Virus record (IMG/VR): IMGVR_UViG_3300005286_000296
Location: 1 to 35,610 of that record
Source of the DNA: a virus
Lineage: Duplodnaviria > Caudoviricetes
DNA: 35,610 nucleotides
Direction: 5' to 3' (one strand)
Under the pieces are notes generated by a model. The model worked only from the letters and a program-made list of their open reading frames with translations, was not told the origin of the DNA and did not search any database. The position numbers and the translations under genes were made by a program. Positions 9,641 through 17,994 of this stretch are shown here, in pieces (positions within the stretch are counted from its first letter, which is position 1; every line of letters begins with the position of its first letter).

Positions 9641-9674
9641 AATGGCCCCGGCAACGCCGGGGCCGTTGTCGTTT
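9641..9674 (+). terminator. Rho-independent terminator
   Basis: GGCCCCGGC-AAC-GCCGGGGCC stem (9644-9664) followed by GTTGTCGTTT, just after the 9614 stop. Confidence 0.7.
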
Positions 9675-9692
9675 AGCGCAAGTGTCAGGGGC

Positions 9693-9918
9693 AGGGCCAA
9701 CCTGTGGGGGTGTGGGGGGTGGGCGGGTGCTCCAGGCCACGCGGGAGGTGATGGACAAGGCCCGCGACCTGGCGACGCGGCGGATCGACCACCTGATCCA
9801 GAGCGGGGAACTCGAACGCCTGGCGGAGAACGCCCTGGGAGAGGACCCACCGCCGCCGACGCCTGGCGGCACGTCTGGCACTGCGCCGGAGCCGTCGGCG
9901 TCGATCCCGGCCCCCTGA
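9693..9918 (+). pseudogene. 3' remnant of a tail assembly chaperone (gpG-like)
   Basis: No start codon. Reads RANL|GRVLQATREVMDKARDLATRRIDHLIQSGELE with phage-like codons, interrupted by a 16-nt G-rich stretch at 9705-9720. Confidence 0.6.
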
Positions 9919-10169
9919 CGCTCCGCGAGTTGATGGAGATGCTCGAAGGGCGGCAGCGTCACGACTGGTCCATCGCCTCCTCGTGCCTCTCGGTCATCGC
10001 CAACCTGCACCGCGATCCCAAGCGATCCCGCCGACTCAAGCCCAGCGACTTCGATCCATTCGCCCAGCGCTCTCATGCACAACGCCGCATCACCGTTCCC
10101 GTCTCGGTCCTCAAGGACGTGTTCATCGACGGCAAGGTACCCCGCATCGCACAGGAGGATTTCGGATGA
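9858..10169 (+). CDS. Tail assembly chaperone, gpT-like part (-1 frame overlap; in-frame ATG at 9933)
   Basis: DAWRHVWHCAGAVGVDPGPLTLRELMEMLEGR...DFDPF overlaps the preceding ORF in the -1 frame, upstream of the tape measure gene. Confidence 0.6.
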   Translation, partial: DAWRHVWHCAGAVGVDPGPLTLRELMEMLEGRQRHDWSIASSCLSVIANLHRDPKRSRRLKPSDFDPFAQRSHAQRRITVPVSVLKDVFIDGKVPRIAQEDFG

Positions 10170-10654
10170 AGTACCTCGGTTCGCTCTCCACCCGTCACGT
10201 CGTCTACCTCGTCGGCCTGATTCTCCTGGCGCTCGTGCTCGCTTCGTGCGCCGGGATCGACCTGGGCGATCTTGTCAAAGTCAAGACGCCCAACGCGATC
10301 CAGCAGACGACCGGCCTGCGCTCGACGCTCTCGCTGAACGAGGCGGAGGTCGAGTACCAGAACTGGTTCAACCAGGTGCAGGCCACCGGCGCGCAGTGGA
10401 AGGGCAACATCCAGCGCGCTGGTGAAGTCCGCGGGCTGCTCGGGCAGCTCACGCTCTCCGCCCTCGACACCGTCGGCCCGACGGTCGCGGGCCTGCCCGT
10501 GCTCGGCCCCGCGCTGCCGGCGCTCACCGGGATCGTCGGACTGTTCATCGGGTCGGGCCGGCTCCGCAAGGAGAAGGAGGCGTCGTTCAACAAGGGCCTG
10601 GAGAAGGGCAGCGGGCTCGCCGGGGGCCCCTCCAGCGGCGGGAGCGGCGCGTGA
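10166..10654 (+). CDS. Lipoprotein with C-terminal hydrophobic segment (candidate unimolecular spanin)
   Basis: AGGAGG RBS; signal peptide ending in lipobox LASC; C-terminal VAGLPVLGPALPALTGIVGLFIG followed by RLRKEK. Confidence 0.65.
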   Translation: MKYLGSLSTRHVVYLVGLILLALVLASCAGIDLGDLVKVKTPNAIQQTTGLRSTLSLNEAEVEYQNWFNQVQATGAQWKGNIQRAGEVRGLLGQLTLSALDTVGPTVAGLPVLGPALPALTGIVGLFIGSGRLRKEKEASFNKGLEKGSGLAGGPSSGGSGA

Positions 10655-11091
10655 TCACCATGCGGATCAAGGACATGTTCTTCGACCGCGCGGCGGTGGT
10701 CCGCGCGGTCGATGGGGCCAAGCGAAAGGTGCTCAGCAAGGCCGGCGCGTTCATCCGCACGGCGGCCCGCACGAGCATCCGCAAGCGCAGGGGCTCCGCG
10801 CCTCCCGGAAAGCCGCCCCACTCCCACGAGGGGAGCCTGCGTCGTCTGATCCTCTTCGGGTACGACAAGGCGGCCGACTCCGTGGTCGTCGGCCCCGTGG
10901 GGTTCAAGAAGAGCATCGCGCCCAACGTGCTGGAGTACGGCGGGGACACCGTCGTGCTGCGTCGGCGCGGCGGGCGGCTCACATCGCAGAAGGTCAAGAT
11001 CGCCGCGCGGCCGTACATGGCCCCGGCGCTGGAGAAGGAGCGGCCGAAGCTGCCGCTGCTGTGGCGGAACTCCATTCGGAAGGGAGCCTGA
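10651..11091 (+). CDS. Phage neck/tail morphogenesis protein (HK97 gp10-like)
   Basis: Basic 146 aa; LEYGG and ARPYMAPALE motifs typical of HK97 gp10-like proteins. Confidence 0.7.
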   Translation: MITMRIKDMFFDRAAVVRAVDGAKRKVLSKAGAFIRTAARTSIRKRRGSAPPGKPPHSHEGSLRRLILFGYDKAADSVVVGPVGFKKSIAPNVLEYGGDTVVLRRRGGRLTSQKVKIAARPYMAPALEKERPKLPLLWRNSIRKGA

Positions 11092-11094
11092 TCG

Positions 11095-13089
11095 GTGGCC
11101 GACACGCGGGGCATCCGGGCTGGACGGGCGTTCGTCGAACTCGGCGTGAGCGACAAGCTCACGGCCGGGCTTCGCCGCGCCCAGAAGCAGCTCGAAGCCT
11201 TCGGCGCAGGGCTGCGTTCGATCGGCACGCGATTGGCCGGGATCGGAGCCGCCGCGGTCACCGGTCTCCTCGGCACCGCCAAGGTCTTCTCCGACATGGG
11301 GGATGTGCTCGACAAGATGAGCATCCGCACCGGCATCAGCGTCGAGGCGCTGTCAGAGCTCGGCTACGCGGCCGAACTCTCAGGCGCTGATCTGGAAACG
11401 CTCGAGTCGGGTGTGCGGATCATGCAGCGCACCCTGGGAGAGGCGGCGCAGGGAACGGGTACCGCGGTCGAGGCCCTCGACCGGCTCGGCCTCAGCGCAG
11501 CGCAACTGGCTGGGCTCTCACCTGAGCAGCAGTTTAAGGTTCTGGCCGATCGGATCTCCAAGGTGTCGGACCCCACGCTGCGGGCCGCCATCGCAATGGA
11601 GGTCTTCGGCAAGGCAGGGACCAAGCTCCTGCCGCTCATGGCCGACGGCGCGGCGGGGATCGAGGCGATGCAGGAAGAGGCCCAGCGCCTCGGCCTGACC
11701 GTCAGCACCGAGACCGCCCGCGATGCCGCTCAGCTCAACGATGCCCTCGGCACCCTCTGGAAGGTGCTCAAGCAGGGCGTGTTCACCATCGGCGGGGCGC
11801 TCGCGCCGCTGCTCAAGGACATCGCCGAGCGCATCACCCGCATCATCGTGAGCGCCACGGCCTGGATCAAGGCCAACCGCGAGACCGTCGTGTGGGCGCT
11901 CAAGGTCGCGGCGGCGGTCGCGGTCGCGGGTGTCGCCATCATCGCCCTCGGCTACATCATCTCCGGCATCGGCGCGACCCTCGGCATCGTCGCCGGGGTC
12001 ATCGGCGGGATCGGCACGGCGTTCAGCCTCATCGGGGCCGCCATCGCGGCGATCCTGTCGCCGGTTGGCCTGGCGATCGCCGCGATCGTGGCGCTTGGCG
12101 GTGTGCTCATCGTCACCACCGGCGCGGGCGGCGAGGCCCTTGCCTGGCTCGGCGAGCAGTTCACCCGCCTGCGGGACTGGGTGACGAAGGTCGTCGGCGG
12201 CATCTCCGACGCCCTCGCGGCGGGCGACATCGCCCTGGCCGCCGAGATCCTGTGGCTGTCTTTGAAGGTAGTCTGGCAGCAGGGCGTCGCCGCGCTGAAC
12301 AAGGTCTGGCTGGAAGCCAAGGAATTCTTCGTCTCGACCGCGTACGGCATGTGGTACGGCTCGCTAGCCGCCGCCGAGATCGTCTTCCACGCCCTCGAGG
12401 TCGCGTGGATCGAGACGACCGCGTTCCTGTCCAAGACATGGACCAACTTCACCACCGGCTTCCAGCAGGTGTGGGAGTCGGCATCGTCGTGGGTCGCCAA
12501 GCGGATGCTGGAGATCCAGGGGCTGTTCGACTCCGGGCTCGACGTGGACGCCGCGAAGAGGTCCGTCGATGATCAACTCGAAACCCGCCTGGCGGAACTG
12601 GAGAGCGCGGCCCAACGACAGGTGGCCCAGCGCGAAGGACAACGTGCCGCCGAACGTGACCAGGCCGCCGCCCTGCACGAGGCGACCCTCGCTGGAATCG
12701 GTCGCGACTTTGACGAGGCCCAGGCCGCGCTCAAGGCGAACACGGAGGCGGGGCTCGCGGAGTCGCAAGCGGCGCTCGATGCCGCGAAGCAGAAGCTCGC
12801 CGATGTCATCGAGCAGGCACGCCAGAAACGGGAGGCGGCAGATGCGGAGCGCGGGCCGGGCCGCTCGCCGCGCGACCTGATGGCCGAGTTCGAGGACCGC
12901 CTCGCGGGGCTCGGGGAGGTCATCGGCAAGGGGATCAGCGTGCGGGGCACCTTCAACGCCCGCGCTGCGCAGGGGCTCGAGTCCGACGGCGGGGCCGCGG
13001 AGCGCACCGCCCGGGCCACGGAACAGACCGCCAAGCACACCAAGCGTCTGGCCGACGCCGCGCAGAGCGGTGGGCTGACATTCGCGTAA
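11095..13089 (+). CDS. Tail tape measure protein
   Basis: 664 aa, Ala/Gly-rich helical; IRAGRAFVEL start, MEVFGKAG motif, central hydrophobic region, Trp-spaced repeats. Confidence 0.88.
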   Translation: MADTRGIRAGRAFVELGVSDKLTAGLRRAQKQLEAFGAGLRSIGTRLAGIGAAAVTGLLGTAKVFSDMGDVLDKMSIRTGISVEALSELGYAAELSGADLETLESGVRIMQRTLGEAAQGTGTAVEALDRLGLSAAQLAGLSPEQQFKVLADRISKVSDPTLRAAIAMEVFGKAGTKLLPLMADGAAGIEAMQEEAQRLGLTVSTETARDAAQLNDALGTLWKVLKQGVFTIGGALAPLLKDIAERITRIIVSATAWIKANRETVVWALKVAAAVAVAGVAIIALGYIISGIGATLGIVAGVIGGIGTAFSLIGAAIAAILSPVGLAIAAIVALGGVLIVTTGAGGEALAWLGEQFTRLRDWVTKVVGGISDALAAGDIALAAEILWLSLKVVWQQGVAALNKVWLEAKEFFVSTAYGMWYGSLAAAEIVFHALEVAWIETTAFLSKTWTNFTTGFQQVWESASSWVAKRMLEIQGLFDSGLDVDAAKRSVDDQLETRLAELESAAQRQVAQREGQRAAERDQAAALHEATLAGIGRDFDEAQAALKANTEAGLAESQAALDAAKQKLADVIEQARQKREAADAERGPGRSPRDLMAEFEDRLAGLGEVIGKGISVRGTFNARAAQGLESDGGAAERTARATEQTAKHTKRLADAAQSGGLTFA

Positions 13090-13101
13090 GGAGAGTCGTT
13101 C

Positions 13102-13911
13102 GTGCCGATCACGGTGACGGAGAAGTTCGAGAGCCGCAAGTCCACCAAGGGGGACAACCCCTCGGCGGAGCTCGTCTACACCGTGCGCGGCACCAACGAC
13201 GACCTCGCGGCCCGCAACGCCGCCGAAACCACTAGCCCCGCGACCTACGACAGCCAGCCCCGGCAGTCCGTCTCCGTCGAACCCGTTGGTGATGAACTCT
13301 GGGAGGCCGTCGTCCGCTACGGGAAGGCGCAGGGCGGGTCGCTCCCCGAGCCCGGCGAGAGCGTCTTCTCGTTCGACACCGGCGGCGGCACGCAGCACAT
13401 CACGCAAAGCAAAGAGACGGTGTCGTCGCACGCGCCGTCGGGCGGGTCGGCCCCGGACTTTGGCGGCGCGATCGGTGTCACCGCCGATGGCGTCGAGGGC
13501 GTGGACATCACCGTCCCCGTCTATCAGTTCTCCGAGACGCACTACTTCACCAACGACCAGGTGACGCCCTCGTACAAGGGCACGCTCTTCTCGCTCACCG
13601 GCAAGGTGAACAACGGCGCATTCAAAGGGTTCCAGCCGGGCGAGGTCCTGTTCCTCGGGGCCTCGGGATCGCGGCGCGGCACCGATCCCGACGACGACTG
13701 GGAGATCACGTTCCGGTTCGCCGCGAGTCCGCACGCCACGGGCATCTCGGTCGGCAGCATCAGCGGCATCAGCAAGAAGGGGTGGGAGTACCTCTGGGTT
13801 CGGTACGCCGACCAGGAGGACACGGGATCGCACGCGATCGTGAAGCGCCCGGTCGCAGCGTACGTCGAGCGCGTGTACGACGAGGGCAACTTCGCCGGGT
13901 TGGGAATCTGA
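13102..13911 (+). CDS. Putative tail/baseplate protein
   Basis: 269 aa, beta-rich, directly after the tape measure; AAGGAG RBS; KKGWEYLWVRY motif. Confidence 0.65.
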   Translation: MPITVTEKFESRKSTKGDNPSAELVYTVRGTNDDLAARNAAETTSPATYDSQPRQSVSVEPVGDELWEAVVRYGKAQGGSLPEPGESVFSFDTGGGTQHITQSKETVSSHAPSGGSAPDFGGAIGVTADGVEGVDITVPVYQFSETHYFTNDQVTPSYKGTLFSLTGKVNNGAFKGFQPGEVLFLGASGSRRGTDPDDDWEITFRFAASPHATGISVGSISGISKKGWEYLWVRYADQEDTGSHAIVKRPVAAYVERVYDEGNFAGLGI

Positions 13912-13914
13912 CGC

Positions 13915-14943
13915 ATGGGTGACGTGTTCCGCAAAGTCCGGTCAGGCTCACCGCTCCGCATCCCCGCGGCGGCGTACAACGCCTTCGTCGATGCGGCGGT
14001 CGATCTGCGCCGGCGGGAAAGGACCACCAACGCCGGCCCGGCGCACGAGCCCGCACAGCGCGGCATCGTGCTCGTCCGCAACGACTCCGACGACGACATC
14101 GAGCCGTACCACGCGCTGGCGATCACGGGTGTGCTTGTGCAGCCCGACAGCGAGGACCAGGAACGGACGTTCTATAGCCGCACGCCGTTGACGGCCGAGG
14201 TCGCCACGGAGGAATCGCCGTCGCTCTCGTTCGTGCTGGCGCTCCAGCCCATCAAGCCGGGCGACCTCGGGCGGTGCGTGCTCACGGGCGTCACGCCCGC
14301 GCGGGTCTTCATTACCAACGAAACGGACACGACCTGCGAGCTCGCCCCCGAGGAGACCGTGCTGGCAAGCACGCCCATGGGTGGCATCCCGATCCTGTGG
14401 AAGGAGGAAGGCGTCGGCGAGAAGTGGGCGGTCATCGAGATGGGCCAGCCCTCACCCGGGCGCGTCACCGCGATCCTCGGCGCGGCGCAGCCGATCCCCA
14501 CCGAGAACAACCGCTGGCGCTACCCGTGGGTTGAGGCCAGGATTGACGGCGATCCCGGCAGCGACACCTACCTCCGGTACGTGCCCGTGCCGGAAGGTCT
14601 GACCTCGCAACTCCCCGGTGGCGGCGAGGACCCGACGCGGCTGGCGATCAACCGCTTCGAAGCCCACCACATGAACAACTTCGACGCCGGGTCCGGCTTC
14701 GGTGGGTTGCTGGGTCTCGGGCCGGTGTGCGAGTTGCCGGGCGTGCTCCCCAAGTGCCCGCCTGCGCGGTCACTCAAGCCAAAGCTCGTGCCCATCCCCG
14801 AAGGTGTCTGCGTGCAGCTCACCTGCGAGCGCAACAGCAAAGGCAGGCCGGTGTGGGTGTTCGAGGCCATGAGCCTGATCGAGATCGCCGACCCAGCGGA
14901 CGAGGACCGCAAATTCAACATCTACATCGAGGGGGGCGCATGA
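13915..14943 (+). CDS. Putative tail-associated structural protein
   Basis: 342 aa, in the operon, strong codon bias; function inferred from position only. Confidence 0.6.
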   Translation: MGDVFRKVRSGSPLRIPAAAYNAFVDAAVDLRRRERTTNAGPAHEPAQRGIVLVRNDSDDDIEPYHALAITGVLVQPDSEDQERTFYSRTPLTAEVATEESPSLSFVLALQPIKPGDLGRCVLTGVTPARVFITNETDTTCELAPEETVLASTPMGGIPILWKEEGVGEKWAVIEMGQPSPGRVTAILGAAQPIPTENNRWRYPWVEARIDGDPGSDTYLRYVPVPEGLTSQLPGGGEDPTRLAINRFEAHHMNNFDAGSGFGGLLGLGPVCELPGVLPKCPPARSLKPKLVPIPEGVCVQLTCERNSKGRPVWVFEAMSLIEIADPADEDRKFNIYIEGGA

Positions 14944-15551
14944 CCACGGCTCCCGTCACTGCAACCGCACCGACTCTGGATGCCCGCCGCGAGCACGAGC
15001 GGAAGAAGTATGTCGCGCTGGCGTCGCGGACAGCCGCGCCCGGCGGCGGGGCGGGGTACGGCTCGACCAACCACGGCGCGGCGGCGCTCCCGATGGTGCA
15101 GCGACTCAAGCCTCGATTCGTGGTGGACTATGGGTGCGGCCGGAACGACTTCATCGGTGCTCTGCGGCGCGTCGGCATCGACGGTCTCGGAATCGACTTC
15201 GCCTTCCCCGAGGCGGACATCCCGCGCGCGATGCACAAGACCGGCCTCCTCGACGATGTCGCTGACGTGGTGACGAGCTTCGACGCTCTGGAGCATCTGC
15301 TCCCGGAGGATGTGGACGTGGTGCTCGCGGAGATGCGGCGCGTCGCACGCCCACGGGCACACTTCGTGTTCTCAATCTGCACGCGCCCGAGCCGGATGAC
15401 CGTCGCCGGCGAAGGACTGCACCCGACGGTGAGGCCGCTTCCGTGGTGGCTGGAGCGCATCGGTCAGGTTGGAACGGTGACGGCACCGAGGGCCGAGGGG
15501 CGGTACATCGTCGGACGCTTCGCTGCCAAGGAGGGCTGCGGCTGTGCGTGA
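14940..15551 (+). CDS. Class I SAM-dependent methyltransferase
   Basis: ATGA overlap; motif I VVDYGCG, GIDF, VVTSFDALEH. Confidence 0.85.
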   Translation: MTTAPVTATAPTLDARREHERKKYVALASRTAAPGGGAGYGSTNHGAAALPMVQRLKPRFVVDYGCGRNDFIGALRRVGIDGLGIDFAFPEADIPRAMHKTGLLDDVADVVTSFDALEHLLPEDVDVVLAEMRRVARPRAHFVFSICTRPSRMTVAGEGLHPTVRPLPWWLERIGQVGTVTAPRAEGRYIVGRFAAKEGCGCA

Positions 15552-16455
15552 GAACCAGTCGGACATCGCGGCGCTTCAGGCAGGGCTGAAGGCGCGGAAG
15601 CCCGCGCGGGATGGCCTGCGCCTCTACACCGCCGATTTCGACTCGGTGTCGCTCGCGGGGTTCTATCGCGGGCGCTCGGCATTCCTGATCCTCTCGGGGC
15701 CATCGCTCACGCAGGTGGACCTCACGCAGCTCAACCGCCGCGGCATCGTGACGATGGCCGTCAACAACGCCTGGTCGGTCCACCGTCCGACGCTCTGGAC
15801 GTGCGTGGATGATCCCGGGCGATTCATCGATACCGGCTGGAAGGACCCGGGCATCCTGAAGTTCGTGCCGACGTGCGCCTGGGACAAGCGCCTCCGCATC
15901 CAGAACCCCGACGGCACGATGCGCAATAGCGCCTTCAAGGTCCACCAGATGCCCAGCGTGCTGTTCTTCCGCCGCGCCGATCATTTCGATCACGCGCGGT
16001 TCCTCACGGGCGACTCCGTACCCTGGGGCAACGATGCCAAGCACGCGGACTCCCTCGGTATCACCGGCAAGCGGAGTGTTATGCTCGTCGCCCTGCGCCT
16101 CCTACATCACCTCGGCTTTGGCACGGTGTACCTGCTCGGCTGCGACTTCAAGATGGCGGCCGACCGCAAGTATGCCTTCGAGGAGCACCGCGCCCCCAAT
16201 GCCATCCGGCACAACAACGTCCTGTACGACTCCCTGGCCCGCCGCTTCGAGGCCCTGCGGCCGCACTTCGATAAGCACCGCTTCCGCGTCATCAACTGCT
16301 CGCCCGGCAGTGAGCTCCAGGCATTCGAGCCCATGGACTTTGCCGCGGCGGTGAAGGCGGCGTCCGCCGAGTGCGGCAAGCCCGTGAGCACGCAAGGCTG
16401 GTACGAACCGAACCCGGTCCCCAACAAGCCCGCTCCCCAGGAGGCCGCCCGATGA
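15544..16455 (+). CDS. DUF115/Maf-like (sialyltransferase-like fold) putative glycosyltransferase
   Basis: FLILSGPSL, MAVNNA, LGFGTVYLLGCDF and VINCSP motifs characteristic of DUF115/MptE-like/GT42-like proteins. Confidence 0.65.
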   Translation: MRENQSDIAALQAGLKARKPARDGLRLYTADFDSVSLAGFYRGRSAFLILSGPSLTQVDLTQLNRRGIVTMAVNNAWSVHRPTLWTCVDDPGRFIDTGWKDPGILKFVPTCAWDKRLRIQNPDGTMRNSAFKVHQMPSVLFFRRADHFDHARFLTGDSVPWGNDAKHADSLGITGKRSVMLVALRLLHHLGFGTVYLLGCDFKMAADRKYAFEEHRAPNAIRHNNVLYDSLARRFEALRPHFDKHRFRVINCSPGSELQAFEPMDFAAAVKAASAECGKPVSTQGWYEPNPVPNKPAPQEAAR

Positions 16456-17906
16456 GCGACGGCCCGACCCGATACTACTTATACATCCCGGTGTGGGCTA
16501 CGGGGCGTCCGCCCACGGGTGGCGGGTCAAGCAACTACTCCACCCCGTCGGGCTCGACGCCCGAGAGCACCTACTCGACGCCGACCAGCACGCCGAGCAT
16601 GCCGCCGAGTTACTCGACCACTGGCGATGTCATCTACACGACCGGCCCCGGCGGAACGCCCACGCTCACGTTTTACACCACCGGCGCCTTCACGAGCAAT
16701 ACGTCGGGGACGACGCATACGCCATCGAGCAGCGGGTCGAGCGATTCCATGTCCTCGGGGTCGTCGGGTTCGAGCAGCGGCACGCCGACATCCTCCTCGG
16801 GCAGTTCATCCTCGGGATCGACGTCGTCCAGCGGCTCGTCCTCTTCCGGATCGTCGTCGAGCGGTTCATCCAGCAGCGGGTCGGGTTCATCGAGCGGCTC
16901 TGGTTCCTCCAGTGGTTCGGGATCGTCCGGATCGGGCAGCAGCGGAATGTCGAGCGGCGTGTCGTCAGGTGCAAGCAGCGGGATGAGTTCCGGAGCTTCA
17001 TCCGGCGCATCGTCGGGCGGCTCATCCGGAGGCGGATCGTCGGGTGGCGGGTCTTCCGGTGGCGGTTCCAGCGGGGGCGGTTCGGGGCCGGGCGGTAGCG
17101 GCCCCGGCGGAAGCGGTCCGGGTGGGTCCGGACCCGGTGGTTCAGGCCCCGGAGGCAGCGGCCCCGGCAGCAACTGCCTCCTCTTCGGCACCCTCGTGCG
17201 CCTCGAGGACGGAAGCCTCACCCCGATCGAGAACCTCAAGCCCGGCGACAGGGTGGCATCCATCCAGGTCCCCGGCCTCGAGGTCGATGTGCCCTACCGC
17301 GCTCAGTACAACTGGCTCTCGCACCACGGCCTGCACGGCGCGACGCCCGTCACGGCGCGGGTGGCCAACATCCGCCTCGGCGAGCACCACGGCTTCATGG
17401 TCATCAACCGCCGCCTGAAGGCGACGCCCGAGCACCCGTTCATGATCCGCCGCGGCGATGAATGGGGCTTCGCGTCCGCTGAACTCATCCAACGCGGCGA
17501 CTTCCTGATCGACGAGCACATGAACGAGGAGGAGGTCGAGTCGGTTATCCGCATCGACGCGCCAACCCGCACCGTCGCCATCCACATCCCCGGCACGAAC
17601 ACGCTCCTCGCCGAGGGAGTCTGGGTCCACAACGACATGCCCGCGACCGCCCAGAGCTCGGGCTCCGGCAGTGCATCCGGCTCCGGGTCAGGCTCCGGAT
17701 CTGGGTCTGGGTCTGGGTCGGCCAGCGGATCGGGTTCCGGGAGCGGCTCGGGCTCTGGATCAGGCTCCGGGTCCGGAAGCGGCTCCGGCAGCAAGTCCAG
17801 CGGCTCGTCCTCGTTCTCATCCTCCGGTTCCGCGTCCGGAAGCGGATCGGGCAGCATGAGCTCCAGCGGGTCTTCCGGCAGCGGGTCGACCATCGTGCCG
17901 GTCTGA
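16452..17906 (+). CDS. Ser/Gly/Thr low-complexity protein with a central Hint (bacterial intein-like) domain
   Basis: ATGA overlap. Hint runs from [13 protein letters not shown] (Cys codon 17175) through [10 protein letters not shown] and block B TPEHPF to GVWVHN (ends 17633), flanked by S/G repeats. Confidence 0.85.
   Translation: MSDGPTRYYLYIPVWATGRPPTGGGSSNYSTPSGSTPESTYSTPTSTPSMPPSYSTTGDVIYTTGPGGTPTLTFYTTGAFTSNTSGTTHTPSSSGSSDSMSSGSSGSSSGTPTSSSGSSSSGSTSSSGSSSSGSSSSGSSSSGSGSSSGSGSSSGSGSSGSGSSGMSSGVSSGASSGMSSGASSGASSGGSSGGGSSGGGSSGGGSSGGGSGPGGSGPGGSGPGGSGPGGSGPGGSGPGSNCLLFGTLVRLEDGSLTPIENLKPGDRVASIQVPGLEVDVPYRAQYNWLSHHGLHGATPVTARVANIRLGEHHGFMVINRRLKATPEHPFMIRRGDEWGFASAELIQRGDFLIDEHMNEEEVESVIRIDAPTRTVAIHIPGTNTLLAEGVWVHNDMPATAQSSGSGSASGSGSGSGSGSGSGSASGSGSGSGSGSGSGSGSGSGSGSKSSGSSSFSSSGSASGSGSGSMSSSGSSGSGSTIVPV
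16730..17171 (+). repeat. Coding pentapeptide repeats: SSSGS, SSGxS, SSGGG, then (GPGGS)5-GPGS
   Basis: Read from the translation; GPGGS units span 17085-17171. Confidence 0.85.
17655..17889 (+). repeat. Coding (Ser-Gly)n dipeptide repeat
   Basis: Translation [27 protein letters not shown]... with mixed synonymous codons. Confidence 0.85.
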
Positions 17907-17953
17907 GTCCGAGCATCGGAGTCGACGCGGCCCCAGGGCCGCTCGCACGCCCC

Positions 17954-17986
17954 GTTCCTGCAAGAACTGCCAGGAACCGCTATCAT
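17954..17986 (+). promoter_or_regulatory. Putative promoter (-10 TATCAT) overlapped by inverted repeat GTTCCTG-N10-CAGGAAC
   Basis: TATCAT at 17981-17986, 8 nt before ATG 17995; perfect 7-bp arms at 17954-17960 and 17971-17977. Confidence 0.5.
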
Positions 17987-17994
17987 CCCGCCCT

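Larger units (their letters stand above)
1..17906 (+). mobile_element. Prophage (siphovirus-like) head-tail morphogenesis module, probably defective (no tail tube gene)
   Basis: Co-oriented, overlapping or abutting ORFs in the canonical order terminase-portal-protease/capsid-head/tail connectors-chaperones-tape measure. The left end lies outside the window. Confidence 0.9.

Noticed and set aside
16730-17889. CRISPR array or DNA-level tandem repeat
   Set aside because: The repeats are at peptide level with variable codons; there is no repeat-spacer structure and no cas gene.
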